Assembly: GCA_965242695.1 (NCBI GenBank)
Contig: CBDESU010000002.1
Coordinates: forward strand, 1,344,001 to 1,408,000
Reading direction: 5' to 3'
DNA: 64,000 bases
Source of the DNA: Cenarchaeum sp.
Lineage (GTDB): Archaea > Thermoproteota > Nitrososphaeria > Nitrososphaerales > Nitrosopumilaceae
The notes beneath the pieces were generated by a model. It did not search any database. It saw nothing but the letters and a program-made list of their open reading frames with translations, and was not told the origin of the DNA. Made by a program: the position numbers and the translations under genes. The number at the start of each line of letters is the position of its first letter. Position 1 is the stretch's first letter. Below, in pieces: positions 29,601-38,046 of this stretch.

Positions 29601-30239
29601 CGCACTGCACTAGTCGACACCTTCCGGCATGTGGCCATGGCGCACTTTTACAATGTGGCTGGTGCGGACGACATACTGGGACGATTTCTTAAATCCACTC
29701 AACCCGTACCCATGGAGTGTGCTGAAGCGGTGGCCCAGATCATGGCAGGAAAGAGCGACGATCCAGATTTCAACAAAGCAAAGCTGGCAGCTCTCTGGCG
29801 GCATCCCAAGTTTGCGCCGCTAGACCTAAGCGACTGGTTTGTAGTGAGCCCTCTTGAGAGAAAAGAGACACTGGATCTATTTTCTCGTTATTTGGACAAC
29901 CATGAGGGACGGCTTGATATGATGGTGGCACCTCTGAAGGACCTGGGGGAGTACGTGGCAGAATTTCCACAGGACGTGGCAAGGTGCCTTTTCAAGATAA
30001 CAAAGAGAAGCGCACTTCTCCACTATCCCGGGGTTAGGGATCTCTTGGACACGCTGGATGGACTCGATAATCCGCTGGTCCACGACCTGTGCAATAAGAC
30101 AAGGGAAGAGCTTGCCGTCAGGGGCTTCGATTACGACAGAGACGAGAAGCATGCGAACGAACCCACAAGGCAAATTTCAGCCCAACTGACGAGAGAGCCC
30201 GACACCCCAAAAAATATTTTGGCGAAAGCCAGTGCGTGA
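26664..30239 (+). CDS. Large lower-GC protein: Swt1-like HEPN domain, second HEPN-like domain, long helical scaffold
   Basis: LE.ELR..I...L, YADFSDY..I...NW..F, RNAIAH (Rx4H); second AHSLRE...SKIAHH motif. TTTATAA ~23 nt before GTG 26664. Confidence 0.75.
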   Translation: MQDSEEPWAVLQKLEGELRRVIVERLSTVAADWEERIPDAVRSKVQKRQSRAIEKGEEGKQILEYADFSDYHEILFFTNNWDDAFGTIFGDKEKTRLRLVELNRIRNAIAHRRDIDDDDRDIFLLYSRLVMSSIRKYMPDREIIAGNLKRYSESCAVAYEGAVIAAYKAPYQDQIAQFAHSLREAIDLLARSAQEESDRKKPLGRSKREALLQNAVGSSDFRMGIDHEVFAFLADEYDRLSKIAHHREKITLNDVQVLLSRVENALFTLTSPQTSIDHEIDDLIRRGPSRDGANRITGMLTRRSTRAYLIKSLPASWLPHLVDAGAFGKTTDVRDHAMPFRTDIFLSGYLVKCVEDNPDMVADIIESFDTDKREMDPTACLHFLECATRLPYSRAVTVATKTAREGWGRLVRHRQILPVYSRLIARLYGDAEYDLANNLAYDALKATIEGGGLETSLQITPLEPGEFDYAVETILAEMVSKSPEEAAAVLISLLDSYVKHEKGLPIPLLSRQVSSIEDSNQNVMGGPLLPIVRQARDALQRLGDEDGNRLRNFMPKLYAKSGTLYRRIELHIYRQFPGLFESEAIASLNIYCGVDDAHHEYYKLLAAVFPRLGESDRKSLYRIIDEGCQGAGSGSEASARVKKLRLLSAIKGHMDNAHAAEYERLSRETPDMDHPDYLTYCSVDIDPSRRAPVTLRGLDVDSVIKAVCNTQNNDPLRMFEDSMADEFEDIVATNPDVYGLRAMDLAGARPAVQCALFAGLEQSVKKSDAGTAPAALDLASHLLSKDVGCPDTRPVYGQWNVPLRIGWYLNSLLVNGAIGLDHRNAAWRIVDALVNAGSIRAPYECTPGEALPGMDALNTVGGISFVLLFRYAIWSRPNGTDARRLAPEVRFAIEAYMGEGNAHTTCRHSVLGVFFSASDYLAPGWLGDLISKAASSEDVKVAFWTSYVAHNGVAPESFKSLLRLYGEFLCGPLLTSPPRRTALVDTFRHVAMAHFYNVAGADDILGRFLKSTQPVPMECAEAVAQIMAGKSDDPDFNKAKLAALWRHPKFAPLDLSDWFVVSPLERKETLDLFSRYLDNHEGRLDMMVAPLKDLGEYVAEFPQDVARCLFKITKRSALLHYPGVRDLLDTLDGLDNPLVHDLCNKTREELAVRGFDYDRDEKHANEPTRQISAQLTREPDTPKNILAKASA

Positions 30240-30292
30240 TGATGTCCTCGGATGTACACCTCGGGCCTACTCCACCTGTGAACGCATCGCTT

Positions 30293-30796
30293 TCACACAT
30301 CTGTCGCCGCGTCCTTTGCAATTCTCCACTTCCGCCCGACGGCGTCGAACCTGTACGTGACCTCAGCCGTCCCCACTGGCAAGTTGGCGGGGTCTAGGTG
30401 GTAGGGGAGGAGCTCCAGCACGAAGTCGATCTTTTCTATCGCGTTGTCGAATATCTGGCGGTCCGCCGAGTCTGCGACGAAGCGTATGGACGGCTCGCCG
30501 GTGAACGACACGGTGACGCGCAGCGCCTTCTTGCTGCCCCTCCGCCGCTTCATCTCGCGGAACAGCCCCTTTAGCTTTTCCCACCGGCGGTAGTCGAACC
30601 ACTCGAAGAACTGCTCCGTGAACGCGAACGGAAAGCCCAGCGTGAGGGTGCTGACCACGTCGGGATCGGCATCCTCGTCGGGTATGGGCTTCTGACTCAC
30701 GTCGAACCTAGAGTTGAGGTAGCTGTGGACCACCTCCAGCTCCCACGGCGAGACGCCGTGCGACTCGACGATGGCCACGGGCGCTCCGCCGCTCAT
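30293..30796 (-). CDS. Conserved hypothetical protein
   Basis: Globular composition with backbone codon usage; TTAATTA ~20 nt upstream of the ATG. Confidence 0.75.
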   Translation of the reverse strand: MSGGAPVAIVESHGVSPWELEVVHSYLNSRFDVSQKPIPDEDADPDVVSTLTLGFPFAFTEQFFEWFDYRRWEKLKGLFREMKRRRGSKKALRVTVSFTGEPSIRFVADSADRQIFDNAIEKIDFVLELLPYHLDPANLPVGTAEVTYRFDAVGRKWRIAKDAATDV

Positions 30797-30859
30797 GCGC
30801 CGGCGGCCCGCTAGGTCTAATTAAGGATTTAACATGTCGCCCGCGCCGGGGCGCGGACG

Positions 30860-31414
30860 CTAGAGGGTGTGGACGTACTTCCACAGGTAGAACGCGCCGA
30901 CGGCGCCGATGAACGCGACCATCGGCTTCCACGCGAACACGGGGAGGTTCGGCGTCGACAGCCGTATGCGGTAGTTGTCGACCACGCTGCCAACGTACCT
31001 CTTGATCCTGGCGTTCCATATGCGGTAGTCCACCCCGTTCCTCTTGAGGATCTCGCCTATCTCGTACACGACGGGTGTGTTCTGCGAGAAGAGGTGCTGT
31101 AGGTAGTCGCGCGACACCTCCACCTCTCCCTGGATGGCGACGACGCCCTTCCTGAGCTCGACGAACCTCACGTGCATCTCCCACGGCTTCTTGAGCTTTA
31201 GGTTGAGGCCGTGCCCGATCTGCGAGGGCTTTTTGTGCTCGAACTTTACCCTTGTGAACCCCTCGTCCTTGAACATGCGCACCAGGTCGTCGACGCTGCG
31301 CCTGACGACGACGTGCAGGTGCTCCACGCCTGCCCTGGCGTCGACCCTTATGCTCTCGGTTCGGCCGCCGGGCAGCGAGACCGTCCTCGGGTACGCGGTA
31401 CGGTACTCGATCAC
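30860..31414 (-). CDS. Conserved hypothetical protein with C-terminal TM helix
   Basis: Good codon usage; TATAAA ~24 nt upstream of GTG 31414 (ORF-track ATG 31438 overlaps the TATA box). Confidence 0.75.
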   Translation of the reverse strand: MIEYRTAYPRTVSLPGGRTESIRVDARAGVEHLHVVVRRSVDDLVRMFKDEGFTRVKFEHKKPSQIGHGLNLKLKKPWEMHVRFVELRKGVVAIQGEVEVSRDYLQHLFSQNTPVVYEIGEILKRNGVDYRIWNARIKRYVGSVVDNYRIRLSTPNLPVFAWKPMVAFIGAVGAFYLWKYVHTL

Positions 31415-31500
31415 GCCGCGCCCGATGCGGCGCCCCATTTATACGGACAGCGGCCGTGCCTGCCCGCCATTCCGGGCCGGAGTGGATCCTACCCCCGTCC

Positions 31501-32274
31501 CTACATGCCCGCCCCCACCAGCGATCTCGTGTACGCACACCTGTCGTGCGGTATGGCCGTCTCGCCGGGGCCGACGGGTCGGCCCGACAAGAGAGCACCA
31601 GACCCCCTTGCCACCGCAATGGGAGTCGACTCGCCGCCCTCGCCCATGGCCAGGTTTGCAGCCGCCGCAAGCGAGTCTGCCACGGCCCTGACCGTAACCT
31701 TGAGGGGAGCGCCGTCCAAGTCGGGCCTGCCGCGCACGTCGTCCACGGGGTCGAACCCCGCGCACGCGACGGCGGTGCCCACCGTGCCTGCTCGGGCCGG
31801 AAGCAGGCGGCTGTCCGATATGATGACGCCGGCGCGCACGCCAGACCTGACCAAGAGCGAGCGGCGCAGCACCTCGGCCTGCCAGTGCGGGTCCTCGGGG
31901 TACAGGACGGCCGTCCCGCCGCCGTTCGACCTGTCTATGCCAGCGTTCGGGGCGATCAGGCCGCCCGCCGTCTCGGCCATGACGAATCCGGGCATGCCCC
32001 CGATTATGCGGTCCGACTCGCGCAGGACGAGCTCGGCTAGGGCGGGGCTCATCGAGTACTCGGACGCTAGGCCGTCGGCCTCCTCGGATACGGCCACGCC
32101 GCTCATGTCTACGAGCCTCCCCTGCGAGTACGATACGTACTTGCTCGAGATGACCACAATGTCCCCGTCGGCGGGATCGATCCCCGCCGTTGCAAGCGAT
32201 AATGCGATCTCGTCTGGCAGGTCAAACGCGCCGACCTGACGGCGTGCCTGTACTGCCGTCACCGTGTATGCCAT
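31501..32274 (-). CDS. cofE: Coenzyme F420-0:L-glutamate ligase
   Basis: DGDIVVISSKYVSYSQG, PNAGIDRSN, VIISDS, DLDG..L.VT..AVAD.LAAAANL.MGEG. Confidence 0.9.
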   Translation of the reverse strand: MAYTVTAVQARRQVGAFDLPDEIALSLATAGIDPADGDIVVISSKYVSYSQGRLVDMSGVAVSEEADGLASEYSMSPALAELVLRESDRIIGGMPGFVMAETAGGLIAPNAGIDRSNGGGTAVLYPEDPHWQAEVLRRSLLVRSGVRAGVIISDSRLLPARAGTVGTAVACAGFDPVDDVRGRPDLDGAPLKVTVRAVADSLAAAANLAMGEGGESTPIAVARGSGALLSGRPVGPGETAIPHDRCAYTRSLVGAGM

Positions 32275-32443
32275 TGCTGACACCGCCGCATCGCACATTT
32301 GTATGGCTCCGATAGTGCGCACGTTGGCCGCTTCGCCTTGCGCCCAAGTCGCATGCCCACTAGGCGCATCGTCCTGCCGCTAGGAGGGGCGATTTTAGAA
32401 TCTGGTCTGCGGAAGGCCCGCAAGGCGCTTGGCGGCATGATGC

Positions 32444-34933
32444 TCAGAGGTTCCCCTGGTGGCCGTTGTTTTTAAACCCCAGCAAGGACTGTTTCTGTCC
32501 CAGAAAATTTGATCGGGAGAGCATTTTTGCGTTGCGTTTAGCGTCTACCATTTGCTTTACTGTTTTGGTCAGCTGGGACGCCTCTTTGGAACTCTTTGGC
32601 ATGACAAGGGTAAGCTTTCGTATCCTCTTACCGATCGTCGATATGCTGGACTGCGTGAATACGTTTGAGTCGAACTGCTTTCTGACCACCGCTGTGTTAA
32701 GCAGGCCCAACAATAGATAGGGCGACATCTTTTCGTTGTCAATGACTCGTAGGCGGATAAAGTGACTCTGTAGGACTATCTTCGTATCCAAGTCGGTGAT
32801 AATTGCCGTTTTGCCGATCATGAACGTTCCGTCCTTGACCATTAGTATGTCGTCCTTCCTCACGTCTTGGCTGGCTTTGACTTGGTTGTACACCTCGTCG
32901 GACACGCAGTGGGTGGGACCTTCGCTGACTTCCCAATTGTCAATGTCACTGGTTCGTATAAACGGAACCGTCCCGTCGCCGTAGTAGTCTGACTCTACCG
33001 TCGCACCTCCGCTCCCTACTAGTTCAACTACCTTTTGATCGACTAGATCGCCTATGCTGATCAGCGTGTGGCCGCTTTGCTCGTACTTTTGGCGGTCATT
33101 TACGACGTTGAGGCTGTAGAATTTGGGTAGCCAGACATTGTCCTGTATGTCGCTGAGTGCGATAAACGACCCCAGGTTGCCCGGCTTGCATTTTTTTGCC
33201 TTGAGCTTATCTAGGAACTTTGGTATGTCGCCCATATCGTCGCTGTCGATAGGCCTGCGCCGCTTGTCGTGTCCACACGTCAGTGCGTAGCTCATAAACA
33301 TATTGTAGTCCGATCGCGGGTTTGACGTCTTTTTCAAAAACAAGAGGTGCGTCTTCGTGTTCGTGGATGGCCTGAACGCGTCTGCCGGAACGTCCACAAC
33401 CCCTATGATTTCTGCGCGGGTCCTTAGGCTCTGCCGTATGTACTCATATGTGGGGTTGGACAGTATCCCGTCGGGCAGAACGATCCCTAGCCGCCCGCCC
33501 TCCTTTAGGAGATCTAGGCACCTGTCGATGAACAGTATCTGCGGGGCTTGCTCTTCCAGCAGGTTGCCCTTTGTCCACCGGCCCTCCTTTTTGCCCCACT
33601 TGTGCCCGAACTCAAACTGGGACAGCCTTGCCTTTCCCTTGATCGGTATCTTTGCCCCAAAGGGTGGGTTTGTGACGACCACGTCGTACTTGCCCATTTC
33701 GATCAGCGCCTGTGATTCCGATCTCCACTGGCCCGGCGGGTCTAGTGCGTCTTCCGTCACTATGCCGCTCCTGCCGTCGCCGACTATTATCATATATGAT
33801 TTTATGATCTTGCTTAACAGCGCATCCTTTTCGATGCCTCGTATGTGCCTTTGCGCCCTTTGAATCTTTTTGGTTTTGATCTCCTCGGGACTCCATCCGT
33901 ACTTTACACCTTCGTCGTCTATTTGTCGATGCATGTGCCTCAGGCACTCCACTAGAAAGCCCCCCGATCCGCATGCCGGATCTATTATATTCTCGGTGGC
34001 TTTTGGCTTGATTATGTCGATAACGGCCTTGACTACGTTCCGTGGGGTGAAAAACTGTCCTTGCTCCCCCCTGAGCGACGGCCCTATGAACACTTCGAAC
34101 GCATCCGCCACAACGTCGCGCTCCGCCCTGATCAGGCTAAATGCCTGTAGTCGCGCCACAACATAGGACACCGATGCGGGATCTAGGCTTATTTTGTCGT
34201 CGCCACTGAACACGTCCGAGTACTCTTCCTTGGTGTCGTTGAACCTTTGTATAATCCGTGCGTAGACACTGCTATCTGGTTCGTCGACGCCGACTCGGAA
34301 CTGTACGGAATCATTCTCCGGAGTGTATTTTTCGTCGTACAGTTTACACAAGATCATGTTGATCAGTTCTTGTGATAGCTGCTGATCATTTACAATCCTG
34401 CGTGCGTTTCCGGCCAGGTGGTTGCGGATTGTCTTAAATTCGGCTGTTAGGTTGTGCGGCGCCGTCAGATCCTTGCGCTTATATTGCCCTATGTCTTCTA
34501 GCCGTTCCCCAAATTTTGGTATGTCGGGGATCTTCTTGAATGTTATGTGGCCACTTTGTTCGCGTTTTTGAAGTGCTAGAAAATCATTTCCATTGTACCA
34601 CACTCCCAACATTGCATTTGAAAACTTTAGATAGTGCTCTAACTGCCCCCTTCCGTCATTTCTTGTTGATGCTTTACACTCGACAATTATATACACTGTG
34701 TCGTCGTTGTACTGGTTTGACGAAAACACGGCGATGTCAACCGGGTAGCCCTGGCTGTCCGATGGGCTGGCTTTGACTCTGAACTGCCTTCTGGTCTGTA
34801 TGTGGGATCGAGGGTAGCCGTAGTCTTCTACCAGTTTCCTGGAAAACGACTGGACGGCGTCGACTTCCTCGGGCGTGGAGCTGACCTCCTTGCCGCTTAT
34901 GAGGTCTTTGACTTTGGCGATGTTGCCCATCAT
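32444..34933 (-). CDS. Fused restriction-modification protein (HsdR-N-like PD-(D/E)xK domain + N6-adenine MTase + TRD; type IIG-like)
   Basis: PEE.., VDIAVF...IIVECKA; GQFFTP, DPACGSGGF, NPPFG; C-terminal PFIRTSDI...DILMVKDG..IGKTAI (HsdS-like). Confidence 0.88.
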   Translation of the reverse strand: MMGNIAKVKDLISGKEVSSTPEEVDAVQSFSRKLVEDYGYPRSHIQTRRQFRVKASPSDSQGYPVDIAVFSSNQYNDDTVYIIVECKASTRNDGRGQLEHYLKFSNAMLGVWYNGNDFLALQKREQSGHITFKKIPDIPKFGERLEDIGQYKRKDLTAPHNLTAEFKTIRNHLAGNARRIVNDQQLSQELINMILCKLYDEKYTPENDSVQFRVGVDEPDSSVYARIIQRFNDTKEEYSDVFSGDDKISLDPASVSYVVARLQAFSLIRAERDVVADAFEVFIGPSLRGEQGQFFTPRNVVKAVIDIIKPKATENIIDPACGSGGFLVECLRHMHRQIDDEGVKYGWSPEEIKTKKIQRAQRHIRGIEKDALLSKIIKSYMIIVGDGRSGIVTEDALDPPGQWRSESQALIEMGKYDVVVTNPPFGAKIPIKGKARLSQFEFGHKWGKKEGRWTKGNLLEEQAPQILFIDRCLDLLKEGGRLGIVLPDGILSNPTYEYIRQSLRTRAEIIGVVDVPADAFRPSTNTKTHLLFLKKTSNPRSDYNMFMSYALTCGHDKRRRPIDSDDMGDIPKFLDKLKAKKCKPGNLGSFIALSDIQDNVWLPKFYSLNVVNDRQKYEQSGHTLISIGDLVDQKVVELVGSGGATVESDYYGDGTVPFIRTSDIDNWEVSEGPTHCVSDEVYNQVKASQDVRKDDILMVKDGTFMIGKTAIITDLDTKIVLQSHFIRLRVIDNEKMSPYLLLGLLNTAVVRKQFDSNVFTQSSISTIGKRIRKLTLVMPKSSKEASQLTKTVKQMVDAKRNAKMLSRSNFLGQKQSLLGFKNNGHQGNL

Positions 34934-35109
34934 CCTCGCCTACCCTGCTGGAAGTTGATCCTGACGGCGAATGCTTTTCCATCCGGCACCAGCTTCCATT
35001 CTATGCAATCTCCCGCCTCCAGGCCAAGGCTCCTGACAATGCTTGAGTGGACAGTTGTTCTTAGCGATCTGCTTTTGCTTGCCTGCGTAAGGCCCGTCTT
35101 CTCGTTCAC
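34930..35109 (-). CDS. AbrB/MazE/SpoVT-type DNA-binding protein (59 aa, not in the ORF track)
   Basis: Hand translation MNEKTGLTQASKSRSLRTTVHSSIVRSLGLEAGDCIEWKLVPDGKAFAVRINFQQGRRG; ATGA overlap with the R-M gene; TTATTATAA ~22 nt upstream. Confidence 0.8.
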   Translation of the reverse strand: MNEKTGLTQASKSRSLRTTVHSSIVRSLGLEAGDCIEWKLVPDGKAFAVRINFQQGRRG

Positions 35110-35696
35110 GATTTGGGCCCGGGCAGGCCGTTATAATAACCTAACAAATGGCGCCTTGGCGTTAGGGGCATGACCCCGATCGCCGTTCTGGTTGTCTTGC
35201 CCTGTGGTCGGATGTGGCGCCTGCCAGATATGGTGGCGCCAGTGTGCACACCTGCTTGGCCGTGGCGCGCGGTGTTGCGTCCCGGCCCGGACGTGCGGTC
35301 CCGGGGGTGCAGAACGGTCACCCTGTCACCGTTGGGCCTGATCGTGCGCCTTTCGAGGAAGGGGGGGATCGGTCTTCTAGATGCCTTGCAATGCAAATTC
35401 TTGCATGCCTCCGACAGTGCGATCCGACCCGCGCAAGACAAATCCCACCCAGACGGATCTCGAGTATCGGAGTCCGGGTTGTGCTCACGTCGAAGGCGGC
35501 CATACCGTTCATGTCCACGAGCCTCCTCTGTGATGTCCGCCCTTACTCTAGGCTGCCATTATGTTATCGTCTGCGGGACAGATCTGCCGCCGCCGCAAGC
35601 GACGCCGCGACCTAGCACAGTGGATCAAAAGAGCCGCCCTGCTTGTGCATAACCATCATGCTTATTGTATATACCAACGCCGTTACTCATTACCGT

Positions 35697-36176
35697 CTAT
35701 GCCAGTTCCTTGTACACGTCAACAAGATTTACCCCACATCGCAATGTTGTGATGGGATGCTTCTTGCCTTTTATCTTAAGTTTCTGCGCGCGCATCCTGG
35801 TGTAAAACGCCCTTGGTACCCGTCGTTTAACGAGTAAGAGCATATTTATATTAGATTCCTGATCTCCAATAACATTAAAGTCCGTTTGTAGTAAAAACTG
35901 TACTCCATTTTTAAACTTTTCAACAATTTGTTCAACTTTGACGCCACTGCTTTTTAATTCGACTAAAATAATCCGGGGTGGCTCTATATCATGAATTATT
36001 ATACAGTCACACATTTTTTTCTTTGTTGTGATTTTTTCGCCCTTTAAAATGGTGTAATTGGAAATTCCGCCTAGACCTAGCTTACAATTGTGCTCACAAC
36101 ACTTGTCAATGACGGCATCCTTAAACGTATTCGTTACACCCGCAATGCTAGCCGGACGCCCTGTTCGCATTGTCAA
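35697..36176 (-). CDS. Putative PD-(D/E)xK nuclease, partner of the ABC-ATPase
   Basis: CDCIII...IILVELKS motif; TTGA coupling to the ATPase; AT-rich. Confidence 0.65.
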   Translation of the reverse strand: MTMRTGRPASIAGVTNTFKDAVIDKCCEHNCKLGLGGISNYTILKGEKITTKKKMCDCIIIHDIEPPRIILVELKSSGVKVEQIVEKFKNGVQFLLQTDFNVIGDQESNINMLLLVKRRVPRAFYTRMRAQKLKIKGKKHPITTLRCGVNLVDVYKELA

Positions 36177-37642
36177 TTTAGACGCTCCTCGATCCGAATG
36201 TCGTCAATGTTTAAAAGATGATCCACTTCTATAAATTCATCCTGTGAGATCCCATCGTCGGTAGACATGGGGATCTTTTTAACTACACTAATGTCATTCT
36301 GGTCCAGTTGAAAAAGATGAGGAGCAACTTCGTCCATGCAGAGATATAGCCCCTCGTCTCCCAGTGCCTGTTCTCTATTTTCGGGTGTTAACTTCGATGC
36401 TTGTAGACACTGGCTGACCACTTCGAGCAGTATTGCGCTGTGGGTCGTGATCATGACATTGATGCCGTTTCTGACCAGACGAACGAGGTGCCTAGCAAGG
36501 AGGCGCTGGCTATATGGATGTAAGTGTGCCTCGGGCTCTTCGACAACCAACAGGTCTTTCTTCTGACCACTGTGTTTTAAGTATAATGTCAGGGGTGCTA
36601 ACTCGGAAATGGCCGAGGATGTTAGATGGACAGGCAGATTCGCACCACGGCGGTGTTTGTAGACTAGTTCGGGGATAGTGTCACCTACACTCGGCTTGAG
36701 GTTTACATGCCCCCTAAATATGTCACTTTCGATCTGCCTTCCCAGCTCGCGATAATGCCCGGCGTGCGGTCGCATTTCAATTATGGACGAAAGAAAGTCC
36801 GAAACCACCCCAGACAAACGTGGGATTTGAATGTTTTCGATACCCCCATACGGCGAACTTCTGATTATTCCGGACGCTATTACTTTCTGTGATTGCAGTA
36901 TACCGTTACGTCCTGCAGGAAAATAGTGACTAACGGCGGGCAGGGATGAAATAGCACTACGTAGCACTTCACGCTCTAGTTTTTCATAAATCGATCTCAT
37001 CATGTGCAAATTTTCTTCACTAGCTAGGTCGTGATGTATTACACAGCGTATCACATTATCACCTGATCTAGTCACATGGCCTGGACCATAACGAGTAGAC
37101 TTGGTTAACTCAAATCCAATGTTAGGATTTTGTATGGAGTTGAGGTTAAAACCATTCGAGCCATGTGTCAAGATGCGATTGCCATTACTTTCTAATGACA
37201 TAAAAAATCGCTGTGACGAAAATCTGGTTAATACGCTGATCGGCGAACTGAAGTTTCGCATAATTTCATTCTCCAGTTTTTTACCAAACCTACGTTTGCA
37301 AAATTGTCCAATTTGAGCTGCTAGCGCTGGTGTGGCATCGACTGGTTCGTTAAGCTTTAATCCGGTCAATTCAGCTCTAATATTCCTGAGCAACTTTCCC
37401 AGATTGTTTGCTTCATTATTAGACCGAATCAGCGGATACGAATCCATGTGTATCTCTCTACTAGATGAAATGACAGAATGCGCAAGCATGGCCGCATATG
37501 ATTTTCCTGTGTTGCTGGGCCCTATAAAAACCGTGAATGGCCTTATCGATATGGCGGCTTTTTTAATGGGCCCAAAGTTATGCACCTTCATGTCTAGGCA
37601 GAGTGGCGTCGTACCCGTTCTCGTAGCCTTTCTCCTGTTCAC
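36173..37642 (-). CDS. AAA_15/AAA_21-type ABC ATPase
   Basis: NFGPI, GPSNTGKS (Walker A), SSAISEL, EEPEAHLHP (Walker B/D-loop), TTHS. Confidence 0.88.
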   Translation of the reverse strand: MNRRKATRTGTTPLCLDMKVHNFGPIKKAAISIRPFTVFIGPSNTGKSYAAMLAHSVISSSREIHMDSYPLIRSNNEANNLGKLLRNIRAELTGLKLNEPVDATPALAAQIGQFCKRRFGKKLENEIMRNFSSPISVLTRFSSQRFFMSLESNGNRILTHGSNGFNLNSIQNPNIGFELTKSTRYGPGHVTRSGDNVIRCVIHHDLASEENLHMMRSIYEKLEREVLRSAISSLPAVSHYFPAGRNGILQSQKVIASGIIRSSPYGGIENIQIPRLSGVVSDFLSSIIEMRPHAGHYRELGRQIESDIFRGHVNLKPSVGDTIPELVYKHRRGANLPVHLTSSAISELAPLTLYLKHSGQKKDLLVVEEPEAHLHPYSQRLLARHLVRLVRNGINVMITTHSAILLEVVSQCLQASKLTPENREQALGDEGLYLCMDEVAPHLFQLDQNDISVVKKIPMSTDDGISQDEFIEVDHLLNIDDIRIEERLN

Positions 37643-38046
37643 GCGGCCCCGCGCCGAGCCGTGCCATATATGTCATAGGGCGCCCACCGTAACATGCCTC
37701 CGCTCCCCCCCCCCCACAGAATGCCACGCTGCCGATCGCTCAACTGATGTCACTTCTCCGCCCTAGGCCGCACCTGTGGGCTGCCTAGTGACTGGCTTCG
37801 GGCGGTGGCTTGGGGCGGCCTTGTGGGACCTAGAGATGAATGGCTGTCGTGCCCTGCATGTTGACTAACGATCGCACGGCACCGCTACCGACACACTCCG
37901 CCAACTCCACCATTATGTTTGTGACGGTATGCGGACGCTTGCCTCCCCGTCCGTCTAGGCAGACGCCTACCCTCTGTCTTAACTTGGGACCTACGTCCTG
38001 GCACCGCCGATGATACGTTTTAATCGCCGCCGTCCCTGCGCCTGCC

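Noticed and set aside
35150-35690. Short ORFs inside the island spacer
   Set aside because: No recognisable motifs or coding-like composition in any frame.
26540-38010. Provirus or integrative element spanning the lower-GC regions
   Set aside because: Interrupted by backbone genes (30293-32274); no integrase, capsid, transposase or att repeats seen.
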